Source: Felis catus (lineage: Eukaryota). From it: DNA of 64,000 bases. The DNA lies in contig NC_058368.1 of assembly GCF_018350175.1 (NCBI RefSeq), positions 105,836,001 through 105,900,000 of the forward strand, in the 5' to 3' direction. Shown in pieces: positions 26,654-40,999 of the stretch (its first letter is position 1; each line of letters starts with the position of its first letter). The notes below the pieces were generated by a model. It saw only the letters and a list, made by a program, of their open reading frames with translations, ran no database searches and was not told the origin of the DNA. A program made the position numbers and the translations under genes.

Positions 26654-26830
26654 AGTGTTTCACAAAATTCATGTTACAGTGGAATTTTTGTGGGGACTTT
26701 AAAAAAAGCTGATGCTTGGGCATGGGTCCTACTGCTCCAAAGATTCTTACAAACTGATCTCAGGTGAAGTCTCCATGTTAGGATTTTTAAAAGCTCCCTG
26801 GTGATAATATGCAACTATGGTGAAAGTCTT
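26654..26830. mobile_element. MER5-like hAT-Charlie element
   Basis: cagtgtttcacaaa...gatgcttggg...agattct...atttttaaaagctccctggtgat..aatatgca. Confidence 0.65.
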
Positions 26831-27399
26831 TGAATTCGGAGCAATAAATCTGAGTCTCCACAGGAAAAGCAGAGGAGTATTTTTGATAAAAAAAAAAAAA
26901 AAAGGTGATTTCTATGACTAAGAAAAATAAGTAAACACTGATCGCCCAATGTCATTTTTCAATCAAGAAATGAATTGACTGAAGAACATTACACAGTTAA
27001 TCTGTTAAATTCTAATTAAAGTCTCTCTGTTACATTCAGAACATAATTCCCTTTTTTTTTTTTTTAAAGATGAAAATGATCTTGCTCAAGATTTGGAATG
27101 TGCCTTGTATGCTATTTCCAAATCAGATGAAGAATTCACAAACATTCAGCACTGCCCATATGGAAGAATTTTGCATGCATTAAACCATGACATTAAGTAT
27201 GGTCATGGGAACCATAGTCTTTAATCCACAGAAATGAGACACTCATAGACCTCGTGTTTCCTGGTTTAGTAATATGCACTAAATAAACTACCACAATATT
27301 ACTTGTAAATGATAACTGCAACATCCCAAACTATATCATCTTCTATTAGAAGACCCTACACCTGGCTTTCTGTGTGGCTTGAGATAATTTCAGGTCAAA

Positions 27400-29500
27400 A
27401 ACATTTAAATGTGGTATCAACTTCCTAGAAAATACTGGAGACTGAAACCATACCACAGAATCTCCCCTTCCCACAGCCAATATAAACAGGCACAGCAAAT
27501 ATAATATAAACAACAACAAAAAAAGGTAAAAGCTAACAAAAAAATATTAGTCTCAGACCCTCCAAATAGGATACAAGCACAAAATCCTGCAATGCATTTG
27601 AAAGTAGCAGCCAAGGAATGAAACAGAAGGTCATACCCCTTTTCCCTCACATCACACATGGAATGAGAATGATTCATTAAAATCCTGAGAAGTCTCATTG
27701 ATTTCCCCCGGAAAGCTGAGTGAGAGTTCAGCTTATGGAGAAATCAGGGAAAACATGAAGAATAAACGTCCCTACCTGGCAACAGAGCAACTCATCAGAA
27801 AGCAGAAAAACAGAGAGGACCAGAGGTGGTGATCTCTACCAGATGGGAAAATACCAGACAGTGAAGACAGGTTGATCCTTACCACACAGGGTCAATTATC
27901 CCCAGCATGCAACAGGAGAAGAGGAGGCAGAAAGAACATAAGGAAAAAACATTCTTAGACAGCAAGAGGCTGAGCCAACGCCTGTCATTATGGGGTGGAG
28001 GAGACCGCTGCTGGACAATGATGGGGCAAATGAGGAGATTCAATGCCAAGCATGATTCTCTGAAAGCAAAGGGGCAGGCACTGTGGACTTCAGCTGAAGT
28101 GGGAGAAATACTTTAAATTTCAGGATTCTCTTCTTTGAAAAGAGAATACTGCCATGACCAGATGGAGTGATCCTGAACAATACATGCAAAGAACCTGAGA
28201 ACATTCAAAGCTCAGACTCTTTAATCAAAAGATGTCCAAACCCCAGCTCAAGTCTTCCTACCCTTTTTTGGGCTCAGAACATAAAGCACCTGAAATCCTT
28301 GGCTCTCAAACAGAAGCTAAGACAGGAAGACAATTCAGGTAATTTGGGAAGGGAGAAAAGGAAAATTCACCTACACCAAATTAGTGCAAATAGAAGTTTT
28401 GGACAGAGCTGCCCATTTAAATTAGCAAGCAGGAGACAAGAAGAAATGGGTCAGGAACTATATAACATACTATAATTAAGTATTTACTAAGGTACGAAAC
28501 ATATTAAAAAACAAGAATACTCCTTTACGAGAAAAAAAAGTATAGTCAAGGAAACAAGATAATTGCATGATGTCTTAGAACTAAAGAACAATCTGTCAAG
28601 AGCTATATAAGTAATAAAAAGGCTATTAGATGAAACAGAAATATCCAATAAAAGGAAAACTTAGCTAAAGAAGTTAAAAACCTAAAGACAAAATAAAAAC
28701 ATCTCACTCAATTATAAAAACACTAAAAAAGAAAAACAGAAGAGACACAGAAAAGAATTATGAATATAGAACCAATTAAAGAACAAACAGCTCAAAAGTC
28801 TAATAAAAAATTAATACACTTGAAGTAGTGAACCTATTCAAGTAGCAGAATTATCCAAAGATATAATACAAGAAAATTTCCTTAAAATTAACGGAAGGCA
28901 CTTTGAGTCCAGCTCAAATGATCACACCACTTTCACTAAAGTCCACACAGAATAAATGATATACATAATCACACAGTACAAATTGTTCAGGTATCTGGGG
29001 GAAAAAACATCAAATAAATTAGCGAGGAGAAAAAAAAATCAGGCTAGATTCAGACTTCTTCATAGCACACTCAGTGACAGAAAATAACTAGATATCTATA
29101 AAAATAAGAAGGGAAAAGTAGAAGTCCCCAATATATATCTACTTATGTCAGAGTTTAAGTGTAAGGCAAGGTTGACAATGTACACAATGAGAAAGCACTC
29201 ATGAACATTTCCTAGAAAAAGCTCTGATGACAAAATCCAGTCAACCAACAGGTGTGGTAAAATAATAATAATAAGGATACAACATATACATACTCCCCTT
29301 ATGGTGGAGAGATAACAGAAACTGTATAATGTTAATAAATCAAGAAATGATGGCCCAAGTATATTAATCCGGTTTTAAAGTTTTAAGCCAAAATAGTAAC
29401 AATATTGAAGGGAGATTGGTGCAATGTTTAAGTGAGTTTAAAATAGTTTATGTTGAAAAACACTTCACACTAATTTTGCAAAGACAAAATCTCTGAATGA
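27400..29500 (+). mobile_element. Very old L1 5'/ORF1-like remnant
   Basis: A-rich plus strand; ataatacaagaaaatttcc and aatcaggctagattcagacttcttcatagcacact resemble L1 ORF1. Confidence 0.5.
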
Positions 29501-30867
29501 ACAAAAATAGGCAGGCAAAAAAAAAAAAAAAGCCAAAAAACAAAACAAAACTTCTCTATGTGCTGTGATAACTTTGTTCAACATAAATTTAGTTCTTAGC
29601 TCCTTGAGAGGATGTGGTTGCTATGACTGAAAGGAATAAAAATGTACTCCTACTATTTATCTAAGGATATCTCCTGTCTCCTTGGCCACTTGCTCCTTGA
29701 GACATCTACACTGATTATGGAGACAATAATTATTGACACTGCTTTCTCAGAGTCCCCAAATAAAGTTCCCCCAAAGATGGAAGTAGAATGATTCAGGAAG
29801 TGTCCTCACTGTATCCCTAATTGCAAGTGAGCATGAGTTTAATGCTAGCAGAGGATGGAGAAAGCATCTTCCCCAGGGAAGAGGTGACTGGATTATATTT
29901 ATTACAATATCAACACACTTTTTCAGACATATAGTTTCTATTCCCCAAGACTCCCCCACCTTACCTACTACATATCAATTACTTCTTTCAGGAAGTTATG
30001 CACTGGGGTTTATTCATTTTGCATATTAGTGTTCAGCACCAACTAGTTCTGTAAAAGGTGTTAAATTTAGATTTTAATACACATGCCATTTTTCTACAAG
30101 TGGGTAAAGGCATACATGGCCAGAGGCATTAATCTAAAAATCTAAAGTTAAATTGGTTTGAACAGTAACTTTGAAATTGCTCAATTCTTTAAATGGCCTT
30201 ACTGATGTACAACTGATAAACACTACCCTTCAAATATTTAAAGTATACATGTTTTTATATATAGTATGAACCCATGAAATCATCACTACAACCTACATAA
30301 TGATCATACATCACTCGCCCCCCCCCCCCAAAATTGCCCAAAGCTTCCTTGAAATTCTTCCGTCTTGTCCATCCACACACCTCTCCATCCCTTGTCAATC
30401 ACTGGTCTGCTACTTGTCACAAAAGTCTGAATTATCTAGAATTATATATAAATAAATTCAGACAGAATGTACCTTTTTGTGTGCTTTCGCTCATTTAGCA
30501 TAAATATTTTGAAGTTCATCAATACTGCATGCATCAGTTGTTCAATACTTTTTATACATGAGAAGTATCCCATTGTATAAATATACAACAACTTGCTTAT
30601 CCATTCACCTGTTGAGAGACGTTTGGATTGTTTCCAGTTTGGGGGCTATTACATATAAAATTGTTATGAGCCTTGACTTCAAGTCTTTGTAGGGATATAT
30701 GCTTTCATTTACCTGGGGGCAAATAACTGGAACAGTTACATCATATAATAGGTATATGTTTACATTTTTAAGAAACTGACAAACTGTTTCCAAAGTAGTT
30801 GTACCATTTACATTCTTACCAGCAATATGTGAAAGTTCCAACATAGTGACCAGTAATATCACACTGA

Positions 30868-31069
30868 ATTTTTTTTAATGCTTACTTGTGAAAATGACAA
30901 AGTGCGAGCAGGGGAGGGGCAGAAAGAGAGAGAGACACAGAATCTGAAGCGGACTCCAGGCTCTGAGCTGTCAGCATACAGCCTGACATGGAGCTCAAAC
31001 CAACCAACCGTGATATCCTGACATGAGCCAAAGTTGGATGCTTAACTGACTAAGCCACCCAGGTGCCCC
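30868..31069 (-). mobile_element. CAN-SINE
   Basis: ggatgcttaactgactaagccacccaggtgcccc head. Confidence 0.92.
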
Positions 31070-34000
31070 AGAATTTGTTTCCCTAATGACTGTGATGTTA
31101 AACTTATTTTTATGTGTTTATTTGTCATTCATTTATCTCTGCTTGCAATTAAGCATCTCCACAAATCTTTGCCAATTTTTCTAATTGGGTGCTTTGTTTT
31201 CTTACTATTGAGTTTGGAGAATTCTTTATATATTATTCCATACCCAAGTCCTTTATCAGATATATGATTAACAAATTATCTTTACTACTTGATTTGACCT
31301 CATATTCTCTTAACAATATCTTTAAAGACTAGAGTTTTTTAATTTTGATGAAATGCAATTCATTGATTTCTCTTTTTTTTGGGGGGGGGGAGGGGTGCCA
31401 TTCTTCTGGTGGTATGTTAATGATTTGTGCCTAACCCAAACTGATAAAGATCTTGTGTTTTCCTCTAGAGGTTTTATTGCTTTAGGTTTCACATTTGGCT
31501 CTATGATTCATTTTTACTTAGTTTTTATAATTAGTGGGAGGTATGGATCAAAAGTTAATTTGTTTGCAGCATATGGATATCCAATTGTTCCTGCACTATT
31601 TATTAAAAAGACTCCAAAAACTTACCTTTGCAACTTTGTCGTATTTATGGGTATGTTTTGGGGTTCTCCATTTGTCTATCTTTATCCAAACTCTCTTGAT
31701 TACTATAGCTTGATAATAAATTTGAAATCCTGTGTTCTTTCTCAAATGTATTTTGACTTTCCTAGGTTCTTTGCATTTTCATATGAATTTTATAATCACT
31801 CTCTCAATTTCTCCAAAATTCTCTTGTCATTTTTATCAGAACTGTGTTGAATCTAATAAATTAATTTGGGGAAAAGAAGCATCCCACAATACTGAGTATT
31901 CCAATCCATGTACAAAGGATACCTTTCCATTTATTTATGTCTCCATTAATTTTGCTTAGCAATGTCCTATAGTTTTCAGTATACAAATCTTATACATTTT
32001 TTTCTCATAATTAGCCCTGAGAATTTCATTATTTATGAATGGTACTGCACATGGTATCGCTTTCAAATTGGATTTTCAGTGGATCACTGGTAAAGAAGTA
32101 CAGCTGACTTATGTAAATTGATCTTGTGTTCTGCAATCTTGCTAAACTTGTTTTCTACATAGACTGTGATGTCATCTCTAAGTTTTTACTTTTTTCCTTC
32201 CAATCTCTATGACTTCTATCTTTATTGTCTTATTGCCCTTGCTAGAACTAAATACTACAATGTTCAAATGAGATGGCAAGAATGACTCTCCCTGCTTTGT
32301 TCCTGATATTAGGGTAAAAGAATTTGGCTTTTCATCATTAAGTGTAAGGTCAGCTACAGGCATTTTAGAAATGCCCTTTAATCACAGTGAGGAAGTTCTC
32401 TTATTTTTTCTAGTTTGTTGACAGTTTGGGGGAATAGATTTTGTCAAAAGTGTTTTTTTTTTTTCTCTGAAGCCATTTAGATTACCATAGGATTTTAAAA
32501 AACTGTTCATATGGTGAGTTACACTGATTATTTTTTTAATATCCTGGGATAAATCCCAATTTGTTATATTACCCTCCAAGGTATTGTTGATACACATCGC
32601 TAAAATTCTGAGAAATTTTACATCATGAGAAATATTTGTATGTTATGTTCTTTTCCTGAAATGTCTTTTTCTGGTTTGGGTATCAAGGTAATTCAACCTC
32701 ACAGAATGAGGTGGGAAGCTTTAACTCCTGTTCAGTTTTCTAGAAGAGGCTGCATACAATTGGCATTATTCCCTCCTTAAATGTTTGGCAGAATTCACCC
32801 ATGAAGGCACCTAGGTCAGGAATTTTCTTGATGAGAAGACTTTTACAGATTCAATGCCTTTAATCAATATAGGGATATTCGTGTTATTTATTTCTTTTTG
32901 AGTGAGCTTTACTGATTTGTCCTTTAAGAAATTGTCCACTTTGTTTTTATTGGCTTAAAGTTTTTCATGATATTGTCTCCTTTACCCACTTAATATCAAT
33001 GAAATCTGTAGTGATATCACCTCTCACATTCCTGATACTGATCATTTCTGTCTTTGCTTTTCTCTGATCATTGTGGATACAGTCTTATCAATATGTTGTT
33101 GATCTTTTTAACGAGCTAGCTTTTAATTTCAGTGATTTTCTTACTCTTCCTGTTTGGTATTTTATTTATTTTCACTTTGGCTTTATTATTTCTTTTTCTT
33201 CTGCTTACTTTTGGTTTAATTAGCTCTTCTGCTTCTAACTTTTTAGTGAAGAAGCTGAGTTCACTTATTTGAAACCTTTCTTTTCTTAATGTAGTTCTTA
33301 CGGCTATAAATTTCCCACTAATTACTGTTACAGGCATTCCACAAATTTTGATATATCGTGTTTCTATTTTCATTCAAGTCAAAATGCTTTCTATTTTCCC
33401 TTTTGATTTCTTCTTTGATCCATAGGTGTTAGAAATGAATTACACAATTACTGAAAGTACTTTGCAGAAATCTGTTATTGAATTCTGATTTAATTTCATT
33501 TTGGAATGAGAACACACATCATGTAATTTATTGAAACCTGGTTTATGACTCAGAATATGACCTATCTTGCTGCATGTTCCACATGCACTTGAAAAGAATG
33601 TACATTCTCTGCTATTGTGTAACAGAGTATTCCATAAACATTAAACTCATCGCGTATGTTGACAGTGATATTCAAGTCTTCTATATCTTTATTAACTTTA
33701 GCTGCTTCTCTCAATTATTGAGAGGTGCTGAAATCTCCAGCCGTAACTGTGGTTTAGTCTATTCCTCTTTGCAGTTTCACCAGCTTTTAATTCATGTATT
33801 TTGAAGCCATGTTATGAAGTGTGTGAACATTCAGAATTGTTATATCCCCTTTAGTGATTTCTTACTTATTATGAAATGACCTTCATGCCAGATGTTCTTT
33901 GCTCTGGAATCTACTTTGATAGGAGGCCACTCCAGCTTTCTTTTGATTAGTATTAGCTAGATATTTCTTTTTTAATCCTTTTGCTTTTAATCTATTAGCA

Positions 34001-34637
34001 TCTCCTATTTAAAACAGATTTCTTACAGGCAACACATAATTGGTTTTTTTATGATAACAATCTCTGCCTTTTAAATGGATGTTGAGACCATTCACATTTA
34101 AACAATTACTGATAGGGTCAGGTTTAACTCTATCACTTTCCAATTGTGTTCTAATTGTCCATTTATTTGCCTTATCTTATCTCACTGCTTTGAATATTTT
34201 TGTTCCATTTCATCACCTTTTATTGACTTATTAGTTACAACTCTGTATTTTTTGGGGTTGCTTTAGGGCTTAAGAGTACACATCTTTGATTTGCCAAAGT
34301 CTGTCTTCAAGTAACATTATGCTACTTGACAGTGTAAGAACCTCCCAGCCTCCGTATTGCTGTTTTAATATATTTCACTACCACATCGGCTATAAACTCT
34401 ACAGAAAATTGTAATTATTTCTGTTTAAGTACCCAATTGCTTCTTAGAATCCTAAATGCGAAGAAAAAAATCTTACATATTTACCCAGATACCTTTTCGA
34501 TGTTCTTCTTTCCTTTGCATGGATTCATATTTCAATCTGTTATTACTTTTCTTCTGCCTGAAGGACCCCCTTTAACATTTCTTGAAGTGCAGGTCTGCTG
34601 GTGGTGAATTCATCTTTTATTTGTTTAAAAAAAGCTT

Positions 34638-34859
34638 GGGGCGCCTGGGTGGCTCTGTCAGTTGAGCCTCCCAAATCTGCTCAGCTCATGATCTCATGGC
34701 CCGTGGGTACAAGCTCTGTAGAGTAGGAAGGACTCTACTAACAGCTCAGAGCCTGGAGCCTACTTCAGATTATGGGTCTCCCTCTCTCTCTGCTCCTTCC
34801 CCACTCATGCATTCACACAGGCACACGTACTCTCTCTCTCTAAAAAATAAACATTTTTT
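34638..34859 (+). mobile_element. CAN-SINE
   Basis: ggggcgcctgggtggctc head; TSD aaaaagctt on both sides. Confidence 0.92.
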
Positions 34860-35549
34860 AAAAAGCTTTATTTTACATGTTTTTGAAAGATATTTTCCTG
34901 GATAGAGAATTCTAGAAAGACTTTTTTTTAAATTGCAATACTTTAAGTATGCTGTTCCAGTGTCTTTTCACTTACACTGTTCCTGAGAAGAAATTTTTTG
35001 TGACCCTTATCTTTTTCAACTTTGTACCAAAAAAAAAAAAAGAAAAAAGTCTTTTTTCTCTCCAGCTGCTTATACAATTTTCTCTGTTTATGTAGTCAGC
35101 AGCAATTCCATTATGTTGTCCCTTGAGATAGTTTTCTCATTGTTTCTTTGGGATTCATAGATCTTCTGTCACTTTACAGAATTCATCAAACTTGGAAAGT
35201 TTCTGCACATTATTTTTTCAAGTATGTTTTTTCTATCACTCCTGTGATAACTCCAATTATGTCTATGTGTTCAGTGGAAGTTGTTAACAAAGCTCACTGA
35301 TGTGCTCCTATATTTTTTTAACTTTTTTTCCCGTGTTTCATTTTAAGTAATTTCTATTGTTACATCTTCACGTTCACTAAGCTTTACATCTACAATGTCT
35401 AACTGCCATTAATTCCATCTAGAATATGTTTCATCTCTAGAGATTCAATTTGGATTTCACATCTCTCACATTTGAATCTTTCCTCTAGCTTGATGAACAT
35501 CTGGAAAATCCTGATAATAGCCATTTTAATTTCCTAGTCTGCAAATTCT

Positions 35550-35766
35550 TTTTTTTTTTTTTTTAACGTTTATTTATTTTTGGGACAGAGAGAGACAGAG
35601 CATGAACGGGGGAGGGGCAGAGAGAGAGAGACACACAGAATCGGAAACAGGCTCCAGGCTCTGAGCCATCAGCCCAGAGCCCGACGCGGGGCTCGAACTC
35701 CCGGACCGCAAGATCGTGACCTGGCTGAAGTCGGACGCTTAACCAACTGCGCCACCCAGGCGCCCC
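35550..35766 (-). mobile_element. Young feline CAN-SINE
   Basis: 18-bp TSD tcctagtctgcaaattct at 35532-35549 and 35768-35785. Confidence 0.97.
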
Positions 35767-36929
35767 GTCCTAGTCTGCAAATTCTAACATCCATGTAGGT
35801 TCTGGACGGATTTTGGCAAATTGATATTACTTCTCATTATGACCATACTCTACTGCTTATTTACAGAAAATGTTTGAAGAAGAATATTTGATTACATGTG
35901 AATTTTACCATACTGAGTGCTTAGTATTTTTGTAGTCTTATAAATATTGTTGAACTTTGCTCTTGGATGTTTGAACCTCCTGGATGTTGATATTATGATT
36001 TATCCAGCAGCACTAGGGCATTTAGTCTATAGCTAATTATTCCCCACTACTGAAGAAGGAACTGTTCTAAGTACTCTAACCATTGTCTCATAGAGTCTGT
36101 GGTCCTCCATTCTGGTTTGAGGGAAAGGAAGCATTTATGGGGTTGTGTGCGCTCTCAGTATCATTCTTTCTAATTGTTTTGGGTGACTCCCTTCTCTAGC
36201 CTCCTGCACATTCCTCATATGCATATGCTGACCAGTATTCTAATGAAAATCTGAGAGAGGCCCTCTGAAGATATCCAGAGTATCTTCTGAGTTCTGTATA
36301 CAGCATTCTTCCCTCTTCTCTCTAGCCCTGGGAACCCTAGCCATCTTGGTCTTCCCAGAAGCTCAATCCCATCTCAATTTAAGAAGTCTATCTGGCTATA
36401 CCAAAACAAAACAAAACAAAAAACAAAACAACCTCCCTGAAATAGCAACCTGTGGAAATCTAACAAAGTTCTTCTTTTGGGGACTACTCATATTTTGTTA
36501 TCTGATGTCCAGTATCTTCAAAAACCATTGTTTAATATATTTTATTCTGTTTTTTAGTTCTTTTCAGGAAGGAGGCTTAATCAGGTTCCTGCTAGTCCCT
36601 CTTGGCTGGAAACGGAAGTCTCAATTTAGTTTTAAGCATGATGAGTCTTGAATAACTATGTTAGAAAATCACACACATAAATAATCTCTGGGTATATGAA
36701 TTCAGAGGTATAATATGAAATTTACATACCAAATACATTTCCCTAGACCAGATGACAGAAGAATACAAAAATAGCAAGTCATCTCTTTCCTCAGATTGGC
36801 GCCATGTGCCTTTTTATCATTTACTGACACACTACAGTTCTACAGAGTGGGAATATATATTGACTTCGGCAGTGTTGTGTTTCACTTAAAGTTTTCGTTA
36901 AGTTCATGAGTTTTGAGGTTATATCACTT

Positions 36930-37100
36930 GCGTTCAAACCGTACTTTCTCCCTTTATTATCTGGTGAATTTGGGCAAAATGCTTTGCCTCTTTGTTCCTC
37001 AGTTTCCTTATCTGTTAATGTCATGCTAAAAAAAAAATGGTATCTCTGAGTTGTATTAATTCCTCTCAAGCACTTATCATAGTAAATGTCCAATAACTAT
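36930..37100 (+). mobile_element. MIR
   Basis: tttgggcaa...cctctttgttcctcagtttccttatctgt. Confidence 0.65.
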
Positions 37101-38975
37101 AATTTTCCCCAATATTATATAATTTTCCTTTCCAAATTAATACTAGCTATCTAATTTTACACATACATAAATCATCATCTCAGTGAAAACACACAAACAT
37201 AATATACCCATTGCTATTATTTAGTTGACACGCAATGAGTTCTGAATGGTGTCTCTCAGTTTCTCCACCCTCCACTCCTTTTGGTTTGCTACTCCAGAGT
37301 AACCTCTCTTAGAGAATTACTTTCAAGTACAGTAGTCCTTTGCGATCCCTCTCCATAGTGCCTGCTGACCAGAGGGCAGCCTCTCAACTTGGCATTCCAG
37401 ACTTTGTATATTAAGGTCCAAGTCTAGTGGCCCAGTCTCACCTTCTACTCTTCCATTTCATTCACTGTGTCTTAAAGTCTCTATAATAAATAAGCCTGCA
37501 CGAGCATCCAAGGCCCTCTACCACGTCTGTAGTTTGTTTCATCCTATTTCTTCTACTTGGAAGCCCAATGCTTGTGCAGACCCATAACTAGCATGTCTTG
37601 CACTGTGCACTGTGTAGAGAAGAAGGAACACAAAGGCAGCTTCAGATAAAAAGCTCTGCTCTTCACAGGTTCACTGACGCACAGGCCAGCAGTCAACACC
37701 ATGATGAAGAAAACTATTCTAGAGGAATGGAATACATGACAGGTAGATAAAAGGGCAGCAGGCTTAATTCTGCCTCAAAAGTAGACTGAGGCAGGGGATG
37801 GATGGTGGCCAAGGAAAGCTTCACAGAGGAACTATTCTCTGGACTGTTGAAGACCCTCCCCAAACTCATTCCGTGAGACTGAACAATATGCAAGACTGTT
37901 GATTACAAGTATGCTGAGCAAAATAAACCTTACATATATATCAGTTCCACTGTGAAATGCTCACAAATAGACCTTGTGCACCAGGAAGCAGGGGACTAAG
38001 ACCAAAGAGACCAGTGAAATACTGAGTAACTACTGATAACAACGCTGGTATTTAGAGCACAAGTATGTCAAAGCAAGATAAGTAGGATCTAAAAGTTCAA
38101 ATACATAATATGCAAGGTAATGATAATGATACACAATATCTTTCAGTTTATTTTTGTGTATGATCCCAAAGAACCCCACAAAAGGTAAAGCAATGAAGCT
38201 TAGATTATTCACAACTGATGCACCCTGATCTGATACAGTCCCAGCAACCGGGAATTATCTCTCTCACCCAAGACAATTTTGCCTAAGAGAGCAGATCATA
38301 TCTCGTTTTTATTTTCCACAATGCTAGCTGATCATTCAATGTGCACTTACTGTACCATACCCTGGCTAGGTACTTTGTCTCTCATTTAATTCTCATACCA
38401 GGAAGGTGAGCCTCTCTTAAAATACAGCGTTTATTCTCAATAAGAACAGCATGAAACTTTATTTGTACGACTTAAGCAACTGATAAAATCCTCTACTCCC
38501 CATTCAAAATTTCATTTTTGACTATTCCATTTTCAACAGTCAGCCACCATATCTACTTTTTTTTGATAAGTGGGCAGTACAATTGAAAGAGATTAGCATC
38601 AATGATTATTATTTATTGGATGTGAAATGTTATATTGTGTCATATAAGTCACAAAAATAAGAAGAACATGATAGACCCGTATTTTATATGCAGAAACAAG
38701 GATGAGGGAGGGCAATCACACTTCCAAGGTCTTACGGGTCTTAATATTCAGTTCCGATTCTGACTACACCCTGTTTTCTTAAAACAAATATCACTTAGTG
38801 GCTGTCTACCACATGCTAGTCACTCTGCCTCTTACATATCAGGAGCCTAACACATTATTGCTTTTAATCCTTCCAACAATTTCATGAAATAATTGCAGGT
38901 CCACAGTCCTTTATCTGAAACCCCTGGATACAGATGTTATTTAGGAATTTATAATGTCTGGGATTTTTTGACATA

Positions 38976-39316
38976 CACTTGATCCTTGAACAACACAGAA
39001 GTTAGGGGCACTAATCCCAGTACAGTTGAAAATTCACATATAACTTTTGATTCCCCAAACTTAACCATCTGCAGCCTATTATTTGACCAAAAGCCTTATC
39101 GGTAACACAAGCAATTGATTAACACATATTTTGTATGTAATGTATATTACACACTATATTTTTACAATTAAGTAAGCTAAGAGGAAAGAAAATGTTATTA
39201 AGAAAATCGTAAGGAAGAGAAAATACATTTACAGTACTAAACTGTTATTTACTGAAACAAATCCACATATAATTGTACCTGCAGAATGCATACCTATGTT
39301 GTTCAAGGGTCATATA
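38976..39316 (-). mobile_element. Tigger2a-type (TcMar-Tigger) non-autonomous DNA transposon
   Basis: TIRs ta|cacttgatccttgaacaacac ... tgttgttcaagggtcatata|ta. Body is the reverse complement of the 46164-46499 copy. Confidence 0.88.
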
Positions 39317-39388
39317 TACAGAGTGCACATGCATATTTTATTATTACTTTTGAATGAATCCTATGTAACATTTCATTGTATTTAATTC

Positions 39389-39418
39389 ATGCGTGTGTGT
39401 GTGCACGTGTGTGTGTGT

Positions 39419-39459
<41 letters not shown>
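39389..39459. repeat. Interrupted (GT)n microsatellite
   Basis: gtgtgtgtgtgcac units followed by a pure (GT) run. Confidence 0.95.
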
Positions 39460-40587
39460 AGCAGTAGTTCTGCTGAGGTTCCACAGCAGTTAGTCCCTAA
39501 TGTCTTCCAACTTCATGTTGAAATAGGAAAAGAGGAAAATATTTACAGAGTTACACAAATATAAGACATGTTAATGATTTAAATTTTCTATTGCAGGTTT
39601 CCCTGCCTCTAGGTAGATAAACCAAAAACAAAGAAATGTATAAATAAGGGCACTTAGAGCTGGGATGAATGAAAACAGTCACTGCATTAATTCAAAGGAG
39701 TTTCATAAGTAAAGCATCCAAGTCTAACAGGCTGCCAACACATTTGATCTTACCTCACAGATCTGAACAGCAGAGATTTAAAGCAAAGACTGAGAAGTGG
39801 GAACCCCAGCTTCTCCCACATCAGATCAATCAATGATTATCTCTCAGATGCATACCCTTCCTTTCTAGAACCAAGCGTCTCCACTCCTAGTATGAACATT
39901 ACACCTTCCTTTCCTCTCATCCATTCTCTCTTTCTTCCCTTCCTTCTTTTTTGCTTTGCACTGTCTGCTTTTTCGCTCTCATTTTCTTTCCCTTCTGTTC
40001 TTAATGGCATTCAAGATAAGGATGTCATCTGAGCTAGTGCCAAAAAGTAAAGTTCCCACAGATCTTTTGGTATTTCTCTGATGCCCATTTAAGGCTAAGT
40101 TTAGCTTACAGAGCGCAAGGTTATAAAATGTTCTGAACCGCCTCACGAGTACAGAAATGTGTGTGTGTGCGTGTGTGTGTGTGCATGCGTGCGTGTGGAC
40201 GCACGTGAGTTGGACATCTGTGGTTGGTAACGTTCTCTGTTCCTTCTAATTTCATTCTTGCTAAATCTTTAGAGGGCAGAGAAAGGCAGACATCTTATTT
40301 CTATAAAACAAGTTCAGCTCAGTGACTGTGGTAATTGGTAATTAAGTATGAAGTTTAAATAATGTTATTTAGCAAAAAGTCAATCATTCTGTATCTTGTA
40401 ATATCATTACAAGAATTAGTCCAAAACACTTCTCTCACTATAATGAGTAGTATTTTTTTCACTCAGATTAACTGAAGGAAGGCTTTTCTAATTCTGTCTT
40501 AATCAGGAAGAATTTCTGAGTTCTCACGTAAAGTTGTTCCCACTCCTATTATGGTATTTACATACTGCATTACTGCATTACTTTTTA

Positions 40588-40820
40588 AATTTTTTTTAAC
40601 GTTTATTTATTTTTTTTAATGTTCATTTATTTTTGAGACAGAGAGAGACAGAGCATGAATGGGGGAGGGTCAGAGAGAGAGGGAGACACAGAATCCGAAA
40701 CAGGCTCCAGGCTCTGAGCAGTCAGCACAGAGCCCGACGCGGGGTTTGAACTCACATACCGCGAGATCGTGACCTGAGCCGAAGTCGGACGCCCAACCGA
40801 CTGAGCCACCCAGGCGCCCC
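40588..40820 (-). mobile_element. CAN-SINE
   Basis: Full head and body; TSD attacttttta; doubled tail unit. Confidence 0.95.
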
Positions 40821-40999
40821 AGTGGATTACTTTTTAATGTTTAAGTAAATGATCACCACTGTCCTTTAAATAGTTTGCTTCTTACTAACAGAAGAGTTAT
40901 ATAATTTTTCTTTGTAGCTTGAGTTCCAACTACTTAGCCTAACAATAAGCACTCAAAAGATACACGATAAATAAATGTTTATAAATTGACTTTATTTAA

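Larger units (their letters stand above)
30185..36621 (-). mobile_element. Ancient near-full-length L1 (L1MC/MD-like), sense to FBN2, with three nested SINEs
   Basis: 3' UTR at 30185-30850. ORF2 remnants include ETRYIKICG..VISGKFIAV..RKERFQISELSFFTKKLE and LISGTKQG. ORF1-like region about 34900-35500. The 5' terminus reads gacttccgtttccagccaaga on the minus strand at 36620. Confidence 0.85.

Noticed and set aside
31353..31850. 165-aa hydrophobic ORF
   Set aside because: T-rich antisense strand of decayed L1 ORF2.
9678..35798. Recurrent ORFs MGQRETEHERGRGRERGRHRIG... (9678, 15022, 35580) that look like a gene family
   Set aside because: These are antisense translations of CAN-SINE copies, not genes.
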